Part shown: positions 43,610 to 55,600 of the stretch, one piece after another
Layout of the letters: each line of letters begins with the position of its first letter
Numbering within the stretch: position 1 is the stretch's first letter
Source: Naegleria gruberi
Lineage: Eukaryota
Strand: one strand, 5' to 3'
Assembly (NCBI GenBank): GCA_000004985.1
Contig: GG738916.1
DNA: 64,000 nt
Position numbers and translations under genes: made by a program
The notes under the pieces: generated by a model
Database searches by the model: none
The model's input: only the letters and a program-made list of their open reading frames with translations
Told to the model about the DNA's origin: nothing

Positions 43610-46600
43610 NNNNNNNNNNNNNNNNNNNNNNNNNNNNNNNNNNNNNNNNNNNNNNNNNNNNNNNNNNNNNNNNNNNNNNNNNNNNNNNNNNNNNNNNNNN
43701 NNNNNNNNNNNNNNNNNNNNNNNNNNNNNNNNNNNNNNNNNNNNNNNNNNNNNNNNNNNNNNNNNNNNNNNNNNNNNNNNNNNNNNNNNNNNNNNNNNNN
43801 NNNNNNNNNNNNNNNNNNNNNNNNNNNNNNNNNNNNNNNNNNNNNNNNNNNNNNNNNNNNNNNNNNNNNNNNNNNNNNNNNNNNNNNNNNNNNNNNNNNN
43901 NNNNNNNNNNNNNNNNNNNNNNNNNNNNNNNNNNNNNNNNNNNNNNNNNNNNNNNNNNNNNNNNNNNNNNNNNNNNNNNNNNNNNNNNNNNNNNNNNNNN
44001 NNNNNNNNNNNNNNNNNNNNNNNNNNNNNNNNNNNNNNNNNNNNNNNNNNNNNNNNNNNNNNNNNNNNNNNNNNNNNNNNNNNNNNNNNNNNNNNNNNNN
44101 NNNNNNNNNNNNNNNNNNNNNNNNNNNNNNNNNNNNNNNNNNNNNNNNNNNNNNNNNNNNNNNNNNNNNNNNNNNNNNNNNNNNNNNNNNNNNNNNNNNN
44201 NNNNNNNNNNNNNNNNNNNNNNNNNNNNNNNNNNNNNNNNNNNNNNNNNNNNNNNNNNNNNNNNNNNNNNNNNNNNNNNNNNNNNNNNNNNNNNNNNNNN
44301 NNNNNNNNNNNNNNNNNNNNNNNNNNNNNNNNNNNNNNNNNNNNNNNNNNNNNNNNNNNNNNNNNNNNNNNNNNNNNNNNNNNNNNNNNNNNNNNNNNNN
44401 NNNNNNNNNNNNNNNNNNNNNNNNNNNNNNNNNNNNNNNNNNNNNNNNNNNNNNNNNNNNNNNNNNNNNNNNNNNNNNNNNNNNNNNNNNNNNNNNNNNN
44501 NNNNNNNNNNNNNNNNNNNNNNNNNNNNNNNNNNNNNNNNNNNNNNNNNNNNNNNNNNNNNNNNNNNNNNNNNNNNNNNNNNNNNNNNNNNNNNNNNNNN
44601 NNNNNNNNNNNNNNNNNNNNNNNNNNNNNNNNNNNNNNNNNNNNNNNNNNNNNNNNNNNNNNNNNNNNNNNNNNNNNNNNNNNNNNNNNNNNNNNNNNNN
44701 NNNNNNNNNNNNNNNNNNNNNNNNNNNNNNNNNNNNNNNNNNNNNNNNNNNNNNNNNNNNNNNNNNNNNNNNNNNNNNNNNNNNNNNNNNNNNNNNNNNN
44801 NNNNNNNNNNNNNNNNNNNNNNNNNNNNNNNNNNNNNNNNNNNNNNNNNNNNNNNNNNNNNNNNNNNNNNNNNNNNNNNNNNNNNNNNNNNNNNNNNNNN
44901 NNNNNNNNNNNNNNNNNNNNNNNNNNNNNNNNNNNNNNNNNNNNNNNNNNNNNNNNNNNNNNNNNNNNNNNNNNNNNNNNNNNNNNNNNNNNNNNNNNNN
45001 NNNNNNNNNNNNNNNNNNNNNNNNNNNNNNNNNNNNNNNNNNNNNNNNNNNNNNNNNNNNNNNNNNNNNNNNNNNNNNNNNNNNNNNNNNNNNNNNNNNN
45101 NNNNNNNNNNNNNNNNNNNNNNNNNNNNNNNNNNNNNNNNNNNNNNNNNNNNNNNNNNNNNNNNNNNNNNNNNNNNNNNNNNNNNNNNNNNNNNNNNNNN
45201 NNNNNNNNNNNNNNNNNNNNNNNNNNNNNNNNNNNNNNNNNNNNNNNNNNNNNNNNNNNNNNNNNNNNNNNNNNNNNNNNNNNNNNNNNNNNNNNNNNNN
45301 NNNNNNNNNNNNNNNNNNNNNNNNNNNNNNNNNNNNNNNNNNNNNNNNNNNNNNNNNNNNNNNNNNNNNNNNNNNNNNNNNNNNNNNNNNNNNNNNNNNN
45401 NNNNNNNNNNNNNNNNNNNNNNNNNNNNNNNNNNNNNNNNNNNNNNNNNNNNNNNNNNNNNNNNNNNNNNNNNNNNNNNNNNNNNNNNNNNNNNNNNNNN
45501 NNNNNNNNNNNNNNNNNNNNNNNNNNNNNNNNNNNNNNNNNNNNNNNNNNNNNNNNNNNNNNNNNNNNNNNNNNNNNNNNNNNNNNNNNNNNNNNNNNNN
45601 NNNNNNNNNNNNNNNNNNNNNNNNNNNNNNNNNNNNNNNNNNNNNNNNNNNNNNNNNNNNNNNNNNNNNNNNNNNNNNNNNNNNNNNNNNNNNNNNNNNN
45701 NNNNNNNNNNNNNNNNNNNNNNNNNNNNNNNNNNNNNNNNNNNNNNNNNNNNNNNNNNNNNNNNNNNNNNNNNNNNNNNNNNNNNNNNNNNNNNNNNNNN
45801 NNNNNNNNNNNNNNNNNNNNNNNNNNNNNNNNNNNNNNNNNNNNNNNNNNNNNNNNNNNNNNNNNNNNNNNNNNNNNNNNNNNNNNNNNNNNNNNNNNNN
45901 NNNNNNNNNNNNNNNNNNNNNNNNNNNNNNNNNNNNNNNNNNNNNNNNNNNNNNNNNNNNNNNNNNNNNNNNNNNNNNNNNNNNNNNNNNNNNNNNNNNN
46001 NNNNNNNNNNNNNNNNNNNNNNNNNNNNNNNNNNNNNNNNNNNNNNNNNNNNNNNNNNNNNNNNNNNNNNNNNNNNNNNNNNNNNNNNNNNNNNNNNNNN
46101 NNNNNNNNNNNNNNNNNNNNNNNNNNNNNNNNNNNNNNNNNNNNNNNNNNNNNNNNNNNNNNNNNNNNNNNNNNNNNNNNNNNNNNNNNNNNNNNNNNNN
46201 NNNNNNNNNNNNNNNNNNNNNNNNNNNNNNNNNNNNNNNNNNNNNNNNNNNNNNNNNNNNNNNNNNNNNNNNNNNNNNNNNNNNNNNNNNNNNNNNNNNN
46301 NNNNNNNNNNNNNNNNNNNNNNNNNNNNNNNNNNNNNNNNNNNNNNNNNNNNNNNNNNNNNNNNNNNNNNNNNNNNNNNNNNNNNNNNNNNNNNNNNNNN
46401 NNNNNNNNNNNNNNNNNNNNNNNNNNNNNNNNNNNNNNNNNNNNNNNNNNNNNNNNNNNNNNNNNNNNNNNNNNNNNNNNNNNNNNNNNNNNNNNNNNNN
46501 NNNNNNNNNNNNNNNNNNNNNNNNNNNNNNNNNNNNNNNNNNNNNNNNNNNNNNNNNNNNNNNNNNNNNNNNNNNNNNNNNNNNNNNNNNNNNNNNNNNN

Positions 46601-49600
46601 NNNNNNNNNNNNNNNNNNNNNNNNNNNNNNNNNNNNNNNNNNNNNNNNNNNNNNNNNNNNNNNNNNNNNNNNNNNNNNNNNNNNNNNNNNNNNNNNNNNN
46701 NNNNNNNNNNNNNNNNNNNNNNNNNNNNNNNNNNNNNNNNNNNNNNNNNNNNNNNNNNNNNNNNNNNNNNNNNNNNNNNNNNNNNNNNNNNNNNNNNNNN
46801 NNNNNNNNNNNNNNNNNNNNNNNNNNNNNNNNNNNNNNNNNNNNNNNNNNNNNNNNNNNNNNNNNNNNNNNNNNNNNNNNNNNNNNNNNNNNNNNNNNNN
46901 NNNNNNNNNNNNNNNNNNNNNNNNNNNNNNNNNNNNNNNNNNNNNNNNNNNNNNNNNNNNNNNNNNNNNNNNNNNNNNNNNNNNNNNNNNNNNNNNNNNN
47001 NNNNNNNNNNNNNNNNNNNNNNNNNNNNNNNNNNNNNNNNNNNNNNNNNNNNNNNNNNNNNNNNNNNNNNNNNNNNNNNNNNNNNNNNNNNNNNNNNNNN
47101 NNNNNNNNNNNNNNNNNNNNNNNNNNNNNNNNNNNNNNNNNNNNNNNNNNNNNNNNNNNNNNNNNNNNNNNNNNNNNNNNNNNNNNNNNNNNNNNNNNNN
47201 NNNNNNNNNNNNNNNNNNNNNNNNNNNNNNNNNNNNNNNNNNNNNNNNNNNNNNNNNNNNNNNNNNNNNNNNNNNNNNNNNNNNNNNNNNNNNNNNNNNN
47301 NNNNNNNNNNNNNNNNNNNNNNNNNNNNNNNNNNNNNNNNNNNNNNNNNNNNNNNNNNNNNNNNNNNNNNNNNNNNNNNNNNNNNNNNNNNNNNNNNNNN
47401 NNNNNNNNNNNNNNNNNNNNNNNNNNNNNNNNNNNNNNNNNNNNNNNNNNNNNNNNNNNNNNNNNNNNNNNNNNNNNNNNNNNNNNNNNNNNNNNNNNNN
47501 NNNNNNNNNNNNNNNNNNNNNNNNNNNNNNNNNNNNNNNNNNNNNNNNNNNNNNNNNNNNNNNNNNNNNNNNNNNNNNNNNNNNNNNNNNNNNNNNNNNN
47601 NNNNNNNNNNNNNNNNNNNNNNNNNNNNNNNNNNNNNNNNNNNNNNNNNNNNNNNNNNNNNNNNNNNNNNNNNNNNNNNNNNNNNNNNNNNNNNNNNNNN
47701 NNNNNNNNNNNNNNNNNNNNNNNNNNNNNNNNNNNNNNNNNNNNNNNNNNNNNNNNNNNNNNNNNNNNNNNNNNNNNNNNNNNNNNNNNNNNNNNNNNNN
47801 NNNNNNNNNNNNNNNNNNNNNNNNNNNNNNNNNNNNNNNNNNNNNNNNNNNNNNNNNNNNNNNNNNNNNNNNNNNNNNNNNNNNNNNNNNNNNNNNNNNN
47901 NNNNNNNNNNNNNNNNNNNNNNNNNNNNNNNNNNNNNNNNNNNNNNNNNNNNNNNNNNNNNNNNNNNNNNNNNNNNNNNNNNNNNNNNNNNNNNNNNNNN
48001 NNNNNNNNNNNNNNNNNNNNNNNNNNNNNNNNNNNNNNNNNNNNNNNNNNNNNNNNNNNNNNNNNNNNNNNNNNNNNNNNNNNNNNNNNNNNNNNNNNNN
48101 NNNNNNNNNNNNNNNNNNNNNNNNNNNNNNNNNNNNNNNNNNNNNNNNNNNNNNNNNNNNNNNNNNNNNNNNNNNNNNNNNNNNNNNNNNNNNNNNNNNN
48201 NNNNNNNNNNNNNNNNNNNNNNNNNNNNNNNNNNNNNNNNNNNNNNNNNNNNNNNNNNNNNNNNNNNNNNNNNNNNNNNNNNNNNNNNNNNNNNNNNNNN
48301 NNNNNNNNNNNNNNNNNNNNNNNNNNNNNNNNNNNNNNNNNNNNNNNNNNNNNNNNNNNNNNNNNNNNNNNNNNNNNNNNNNNNNNNNNNNNNNNNNNNN
48401 NNNNNNNNNNNNNNNNNNNNNNNNNNNNNNNNNNNNNNNNNNNNNNNNNNNNNNNNNNNNNNNNNNNNNNNNNNNNNNNNNNNNNNNNNNNNNNNNNNNN
48501 NNNNNNNNNNNNNNNNNNNNNNNNNNNNNNNNNNNNNNNNNNNNNNNNNNNNNNNNNNNNNNNNNNNNNNNNNNNNNNNNNNNNNNNNNNNNNNNNNNNN
48601 NNNNNNNNNNNNNNNNNNNNNNNNNNNNNNNNNNNNNNNNNNNNNNNNNNNNNNNNNNNNNNNNNNNNNNNNNNNNNNNNNNNNNNNNNNNNNNNNNNNN
48701 NNNNNNNNNNNNNNNNNNNNNNNNNNNNNNNNNNNNNNNNNNNNNNNNNNNNNNNNNNNNNNNNNNNNNNNNNNNNNNNNNNNNNNNNNNNNNNNNNNNN
48801 NNNNNNNNNNNNNNNNNNNNNNNNNNNNNNNNNNNNNNNNNNNNNNNNNNNNNNNNNNNNNNNNNNNNNNNNNNNNNNNNNNNNNNNNNNNNNNNNNNNN
48901 NNNNNNNNNNNNNNNNNNNNNNNNNNNNNNNNNNNNNNNNNNNNNNNNNNNNNNNNNNNNNNNNNNNNNNNNNNNNNNNNNNNNNNNNNNNNNNNNNNNN
49001 NNNNNNNNNNNNNNNNNNNNNNNNNNNNNNNNNNNNNNNNNNNNNNNNNNNNNNNNNNNNNNNNNNNNNNNNNNNNNNNNNNNNNNNNNNNNNNNNNNNN
49101 NNNNNNNNNNNNNNNNNNNNNNNNNNNNNNNNNNNNNNNNNNNNNNNNNNNNNNNNNNNNNNNNNNNNNNNNNNNNNNNNNNNNNNNNNNNNNNNNNNNN
49201 NNNNNNNNNNNNNNNNNNNNNNNNNNNNNNNNNNNNNNNNNNNNNNNNNNNNNNNNNNNNNNNNNNNNNNNNNNNNNNNNNNNNNNNNNNNNNNNNNNNN
49301 NNNNNNNNNNNNNNNNNNNNNNNNNNNNNNNNNNNNNNNNNNNNNNNNNNNNNNNNNNNNNNNNNNNNNNNNNNNNNNNNNNNNNNNNNNNNNNNNNNNN
49401 NNNNNNNNNNNNNNNNNNNNNNNNNNNNNNNNNNNNNNNNNNNNNNNNNNNNNNNNNNNNNNNNNNNNNNNNNNNNNNNNNNNNNNNNNNNNNNNNNNNN
49501 NNNNNNNNNNNNNNNNNNNNNNNNNNNNNNNNNNNNNNNNNNNNNNNNNNNNNNNNNNNNNNNNNNNNNNNNNNNNNNNNNNNNNNNNNNNNNNNNNNNN

Positions 49601-52600
49601 NNNNNNNNNNNNNNNNNNNNNNNNNNNNNNNNNNNNNNNNNNNNNNNNNNNNNNNNNNNNNNNNNNNNNNNNNNNNNNNNNNNNNNNNNNNNNNNNNNNN
49701 NNNNNNNNNNNNNNNNNNNNNNNNNNNNNNNNNNNNNNNNNNNNNNNNNNNNNNNNNNNNNNNNNNNNNNNNNNNNNNNNNNNNNNNNNNNNNNNNNNNN
49801 NNNNNNNNNNNNNNNNNNNNNNNNNNNNNNNNNNNNNNNNNNNNNNNNNNNNNNNNNNNNNNNNNNNNNNNNNNNNNNNNNNNNNNNNNNNNNNNNNNNN
49901 NNNNNNNNNNNNNNNNNNNNNNNNNNNNNNNNNNNNNNNNNNNNNNNNNNNNNNNNNNNNNNNNNNNNNNNNNNNNNNNNNNNNNNNNNNNNNNNNNNNN
50001 NNNNNNNNNNNNNNNNNNNNNNNNNNNNNNNNNNNNNNNNNNNNNNNNNNNNNNNNNNNNNNNNNNNNNNNNNNNNNNNNNNNNNNNNNNNNNNNNNNNN
50101 NNNNNNNNNNNNNNNNNNNNNNNNNNNNNNNNNNNNNNNNNNNNNNNNNNNNNNNNNNNNNNNNNNNNNNNNNNNNNNNNNNNNNNNNNNNNNNNNNNNN
50201 NNNNNNNNNNNNNNNNNNNNNNNNNNNNNNNNNNNNNNNNNNNNNNNNNNNNNNNNNNNNNNNNNNNNNNNNNNNNNNNNNNNNNNNNNNNNNNNNNNNN
50301 NNNNNNNNNNNNNNNNNNNNNNNNNNNNNNNNNNNNNNNNNNNNNNNNNNNNNNNNNNNNNNNNNNNNNNNNNNNNNNNNNNNNNNNNNNNNNNNNNNNN
50401 NNNNNNNNNNNNNNNNNNNNNNNNNNNNNNNNNNNNNNNNNNNNNNNNNNNNNNNNNNNNNNNNNNNNNNNNNNNNNNNNNNNNNNNNNNNNNNNNNNNN
50501 NNNNNNNNNNNNNNNNNNNNNNNNNNNNNNNNNNNNNNNNNNNNNNNNNNNNNNNNNNNNNNNNNNNNNNNNNNNNNNNNNNNNNNNNNNNNNNNNNNNN
50601 NNNNNNNNNNNNNNNNNNNNNNNNNNNNNNNNNNNNNNNNNNNNNNNNNNNNNNNNNNNNNNNNNNNNNNNNNNNNNNNNNNNNNNNNNNNNNNNNNNNN
50701 NNNNNNNNNNNNNNNNNNNNNNNNNNNNNNNNNNNNNNNNNNNNNNNNNNNNNNNNNNNNNNNNNNNNNNNNNNNNNNNNNNNNNNNNNNNNNNNNNNNN
50801 NNNNNNNNNNNNNNNNNNNNNNNNNNNNNNNNNNNNNNNNNNNNNNNNNNNNNNNNNNNNNNNNNNNNNNNNNNNNNNNNNNNNNNNNNNNNNNNNNNNN
50901 NNNNNNNNNNNNNNNNNNNNNNNNNNNNNNNNNNNNNNNNNNNNNNNNNNNNNNNNNNNNNNNNNNNNNNNNNNNNNNNNNNNNNNNNNNNNNNNNNNNN
51001 NNNNNNNNNNNNNNNNNNNNNNNNNNNNNNNNNNNNNNNNNNNNNNNNNNNNNNNNNNNNNNNNNNNNNNNNNNNNNNNNNNNNNNNNNNNNNNNNNNNN
51101 NNNNNNNNNNNNNNNNNNNNNNNNNNNNNNNNNNNNNNNNNNNNNNNNNNNNNNNNNNNNNNNNNNNNNNNNNNNNNNNNNNNNNNNNNNNNNNNNNNNN
51201 NNNNNNNNNNNNNNNNNNNNNNNNNNNNNNNNNNNNNNNNNNNNNNNNNNNNNNNNNNNNNNNNNNNNNNNNNNNNNNNNNNNNNNNNNNNNNNNNNNNN
51301 NNNNNNNNNNNNNNNNNNNNNNNNNNNNNNNNNNNNNNNNNNNNNNNNNNNNNNNNNNNNNNNNNNNNNNNNNNNNNNNNNNNNNNNNNNNNNNNNNNNN
51401 NNNNNNNNNNNNNNNNNNNNNNNNNNNNNNNNNNNNNNNNNNNNNNNNNNNNNNNNNNNNNNNNNNNNNNNNNNNNNNNNNNNNNNNNNNNNNNNNNNNN
51501 NNNNNNNNNNNNNNNNNNNNNNNNNNNNNNNNNNNNNNNNNNNNNNNNNNNNNNNNNNNNNNNNNNNNNNNNNNNNNNNNNNNNNNNNNNNNNNNNNNNN
51601 NNNNNNNNNNNNNNNNNNNNNNNNNNNNNNNNNNNNNNNNNNNNNNNNNNNNNNNNNNNNNNNNNNNNNNNNNNNNNNNNNNNNNNNNNNNNNNNNNNNN
51701 NNNNNNNNNNNNNNNNNNNNNNNNNNNNNNNNNNNNNNNNNNNNNNNNNNNNNNNNNNNNNNNNNNNNNNNNNNNNNNNNNNNNNNNNNNNNNNNNNNNN
51801 NNNNNNNNNNNNNNNNNNNNNNNNNNNNNNNNNNNNNNNNNNNNNNNNNNNNNNNNNNNNNNNNNNNNNNNNNNNNNNNNNNNNNNNNNNNNNNNNNNNN
51901 NNNNNNNNNNNNNNNNNNNNNNNNNNNNNNNNNNNNNNNNNNNNNNNNNNNNNNNNNNNNNNNNNNNNNNNNNNNNNNNNNNNNNNNNNNNNNNNNNNNN
52001 NNNNNNNNNNNNNNNNNNNNNNNNNNNNNNNNNNNNNNNNNNNNNNNNNNNNNNNNNNNNNNNNNNNNNNNNNNNNNNNNNNNNNNNNNNNNNNNNNNNN
52101 NNNNNNNNNNNNNNNNNNNNNNNNNNNNNNNNNNNNNNNNNNNNNNNNNNNNNNNNNNNNNNNNNNNNNNNNNNNNNNNNNNNNNNNNNNNNNNNNNNNN
52201 NNNNNNNNNNNNNNNNNNNNNNNNNNNNNNNNNNNNNNNNNNNNNNNNNNNNNNNNNNNNNNNNNNNNNNNNNNNNNNNNNNNNNNNNNNNNNNNNNNNN
52301 NNNNNNNNNNNNNNNNNNNNNNNNNNNNNNNNNNNNNNNNNNNNNNNNNNNNNNNNNNNNNNNNNNNNNNNNNNNNNNNNNNNNNNNNNNNNNNNNNNNN
52401 NNNNNNNNNNNNNNNNNNNNNNNNNNNNNNNNNNNNNNNNNNNNNNNNNNNNNNNNNNNNNNNNNNNNNNNNNNNNNNNNNNNNNNNNNNNNNNNNNNNN
52501 NNNNNNNNNNNNNNNNNNNNNNNNNNNNNNNNNNNNNNNNNNNNNNNNNNNNNNNNNNNNNNNNNNNNNNNNNNNNNNNNNNNNNNNNNNNNNNNNNNNN

Positions 52601-55600
52601 NNNNNNNNNNNNNNNNNNNNNNNNNNNNNNNNNNNNNNNNNNNNNNNNNNNNNNNNNNNNNNNNNNNNNNNNNNNNNNNNNNNNNNNNNNNNNNNNNNNN
52701 NNNNNNNNNNNNNNNNNNNNNNNNNNNNNNNNNNNNNNNNNNNNNNNNNNNNNNNNNNNNNNNNNNNNNNNNNNNNNNNNNNNNNNNNNNNNNNNNNNNN
52801 NNNNNNNNNNNNNNNNNNNNNNNNNNNNNNNNNNNNNNNNNNNNNNNNNNNNNNNNNNNNNNNNNNNNNNNNNNNNNNNNNNNNNNNNNNNNNNNNNNNN
52901 NNNNNNNNNNNNNNNNNNNNNNNNNNNNNNNNNNNNNNNNNNNNNNNNNNNNNNNNNNNNNNNNNNNNNNNNNNNNNNNNNNNNNNNNNNNNNNNNNNNN
53001 NNNNNNNNNNNNNNNNNNNNNNNNNNNNNNNNNNNNNNNNNNNNNNNNNNNNNNNNNNNNNNNNNNNNNNNNNNNNNNNNNNNNNNNNNNNNNNNNNNNN
53101 NNNNNNNNNNNNNNNNNNNNNNNNNNNNNNNNNNNNNNNNNNNNNNNNNNNNNNNNNNNNNNNNNNNNNNNNNNNNNNNNNNNNNNNNNNNNNNNNNNNN
53201 NNNNNNNNNNNNNNNNNNNNNNNNNNNNNNNNNNNNNNNNNNNNNNNNNNNNNNNNNNNNNNNNNNNNNNNNNNNNNNNNNNNNNNNNNNNNNNNNNNNN
53301 NNNNNNNNNNNNNNNNNNNNNNNNNNNNNNNNNNNNNNNNNNNNNNNNNNNNNNNNNNNNNNNNNNNNNNNNNNNNNNNNNNNNNNNNNNNNNNNNNNNN
53401 NNNNNNNNNNNNNNNNNNNNNNNNNNNNNNNNNNNNNNNNNNNNNNNNNNNNNNNNNNNNNNNNNNNNNNNNNNNNNNNNNNNNNNNNNNNNNNNNNNNN
53501 NNNNNNNNNNNNNNNNNNNNNNNNNNNNNNNNNNNNNNNNNNNNNNNNNNNNNNNNNNNNNNNNNNNNNNNNNNNNNNNNNNNNNNNNNNNNNNNNNNNN
53601 NNNNNNNNNNNNNNNNNNNNNNNNNNNNNNNNNNNNNNNNNNNNNNNNNNNNNNNNNNNNNNNNNNNNNNNNNNNNNNNNNNNNNNNNNNNNNNNNNNNN
53701 NNNNNNNNNNNNNNNNNNNNNNNNNNNNNNNNNNNNNNNNNNNNNNNNNNNNNNNNNNNNNNNNNNNNNNNNNNNNNNNNNNNNNNNNNNNNNNNNNNNN
53801 NNNNNNNNNNNNNNNNNNNNNNNNNNNNNNNNNNNNNNNNNNNNNNNNNNNNNNNNNNNNNNNNNNNNNNNNNNNNNNNNNNNNNNNNNNNNNNNNNNNN
53901 NNNNNNNNNNNNNNNNNNNNNNNNNNNNNNNNNNNNNNNNNNNNNNNNNNNNNNNNNNNNNNNNNNNNNNNNNNNNNNNNNNNNNNNNNNNNNNNNNNNN
54001 NNNNNNNNNNNNNNNNNNNNNNNNNNNNNNNNNNNNNNNNNNNNNNNNNNNNNNNNNNNNNNNNNNNNNNNNNNNNNNNNNNNNNNNNNNNNNNNNNNNN
54101 NNNNNNNNNNNNNNNNNNNNNNNNNNNNNNNNNNNNNNNNNNNNNNNNNNNNNNNNNNNNNNNNNNNNNNNNNNNNNNNNNNNNNNNNNNNNNNNNNNNN
54201 NNNNNNNNNNNNNNNNNNNNNNNNNNNNNNNNNNNNNNNNNNNNNNNNNNNNNNNNNNNNNNNNNNNNNNNNNNNNNNNNNNNNNNNNNNNNNNNNNNNN
54301 NNNNNNNNNNNNNNNNNNNNNNNNNNNNNNNNNNNNNNNNNNNNNNNNNNNNNNNNNNNNNNNNNNNNNNNNNNNNNNNNNNNNNNNNNNNNNNNNNNNN
54401 NNNNNNNNNNNNNNNNNNNNNNNNNNNNNNNNNNNNNNNNNNNNNNNNNNNNNNNNNNNNNNNNNNNNNNNNNNNNNNNNNNNNNNNNNNNNNNNNNNNN
54501 NNNNNNNNNNNNNNNNNNNNNNNNNNNNNNNNNNNNNNNNNNNNNNNNNNNNNNNNNNNNNNNNNNNNNNNNNNNNNNNNNNNNNNNNNNNNNNNNNNNN
54601 NNNNNNNNNNNNNNNNNNNNNNNNNNNNNNNNNNNNNNNNNNNNNNNNNNNNNNNNNNNNNNNNNNNNNNNNNNNNNNNNNNNNNNNNNNNNNNNNNNNN
54701 NNNNNNNNNNNNNNNNNNNNNNNNNNNNNNNNNNNNNNNNNNNNNNNNNNNNNNNNNNNNNNNNNNNNNNNNNNNNNNNNNNNNNNNNNNNNNNNNNNNN
54801 NNNNNNNNNNNNNNNNNNNNNNNNNNNNNNNNNNNNNNNNNNNNNNNNNNNNNNNNNNNNNNNNNNNNNNNNNNNNNNNNNNNNNNNNNNNNNNNNNNNN
54901 NNNNNNNNNNNNNNNNNNNNNNNNNNNNNNNNNNNNNNNNNNNNNNNNNNNNNNNNNNNNNNNNNNNNNNNNNNNNNNNNNNNNNNNNNNNNNNNNNNNN
55001 NNNNNNNNNNNNNNNNNNNNNNNNNNNNNNNNNNNNNNNNNNNNNNNNNNNNNNNNNNNNNNNNNNNNNNNNNNNNNNNNNNNNNNNNNNNNNNNNNNNN
55101 NNNNNNNNNNNNNNNNNNNNNNNNNNNNNNNNNNNNNNNNNNNNNNNNNNNNNNNNNNNNNNNNNNNNNNNNNNNNNNNNNNNNNNNNNNNNNNNNNNNN
55201 NNNNNNNNNNNNNNNNNNNNNNNNNNNNNNNNNNNNNNNNNNNNNNNNNNNNNNNNNNNNNNNNNNNNNNNNNNNNNNNNNNNNNNNNNNNNNNNNNNNN
55301 NNNNNNNNNNNNNNNNNNNNNNNNNNNNNNNNNNNNNNNNNNNNNNNNNNNNNNNNNNNNNNNNNNNNNNNNNNNNNNNNNNNNNNNNNNNNNNNNNNNN
55401 NNNNNNNNNNNNNNNNNNNNNNNNNNNNNNNNNNNNNNNNNNNNNNNNNNNNNNNNNNNNNNNNNNNNNNNNNNNNNNNNNNNNNNNNNNNNNNNNNNNN
55501 NNNNNNNNNNNNNNNNNNNNNNNNNNNNNNNNNNNNNNNNNNNNNNNNNNNNNNNNNNNNNNNNNNNNNNNNNNNNNNNNNNNNNNNNNNNNNNNNNNNN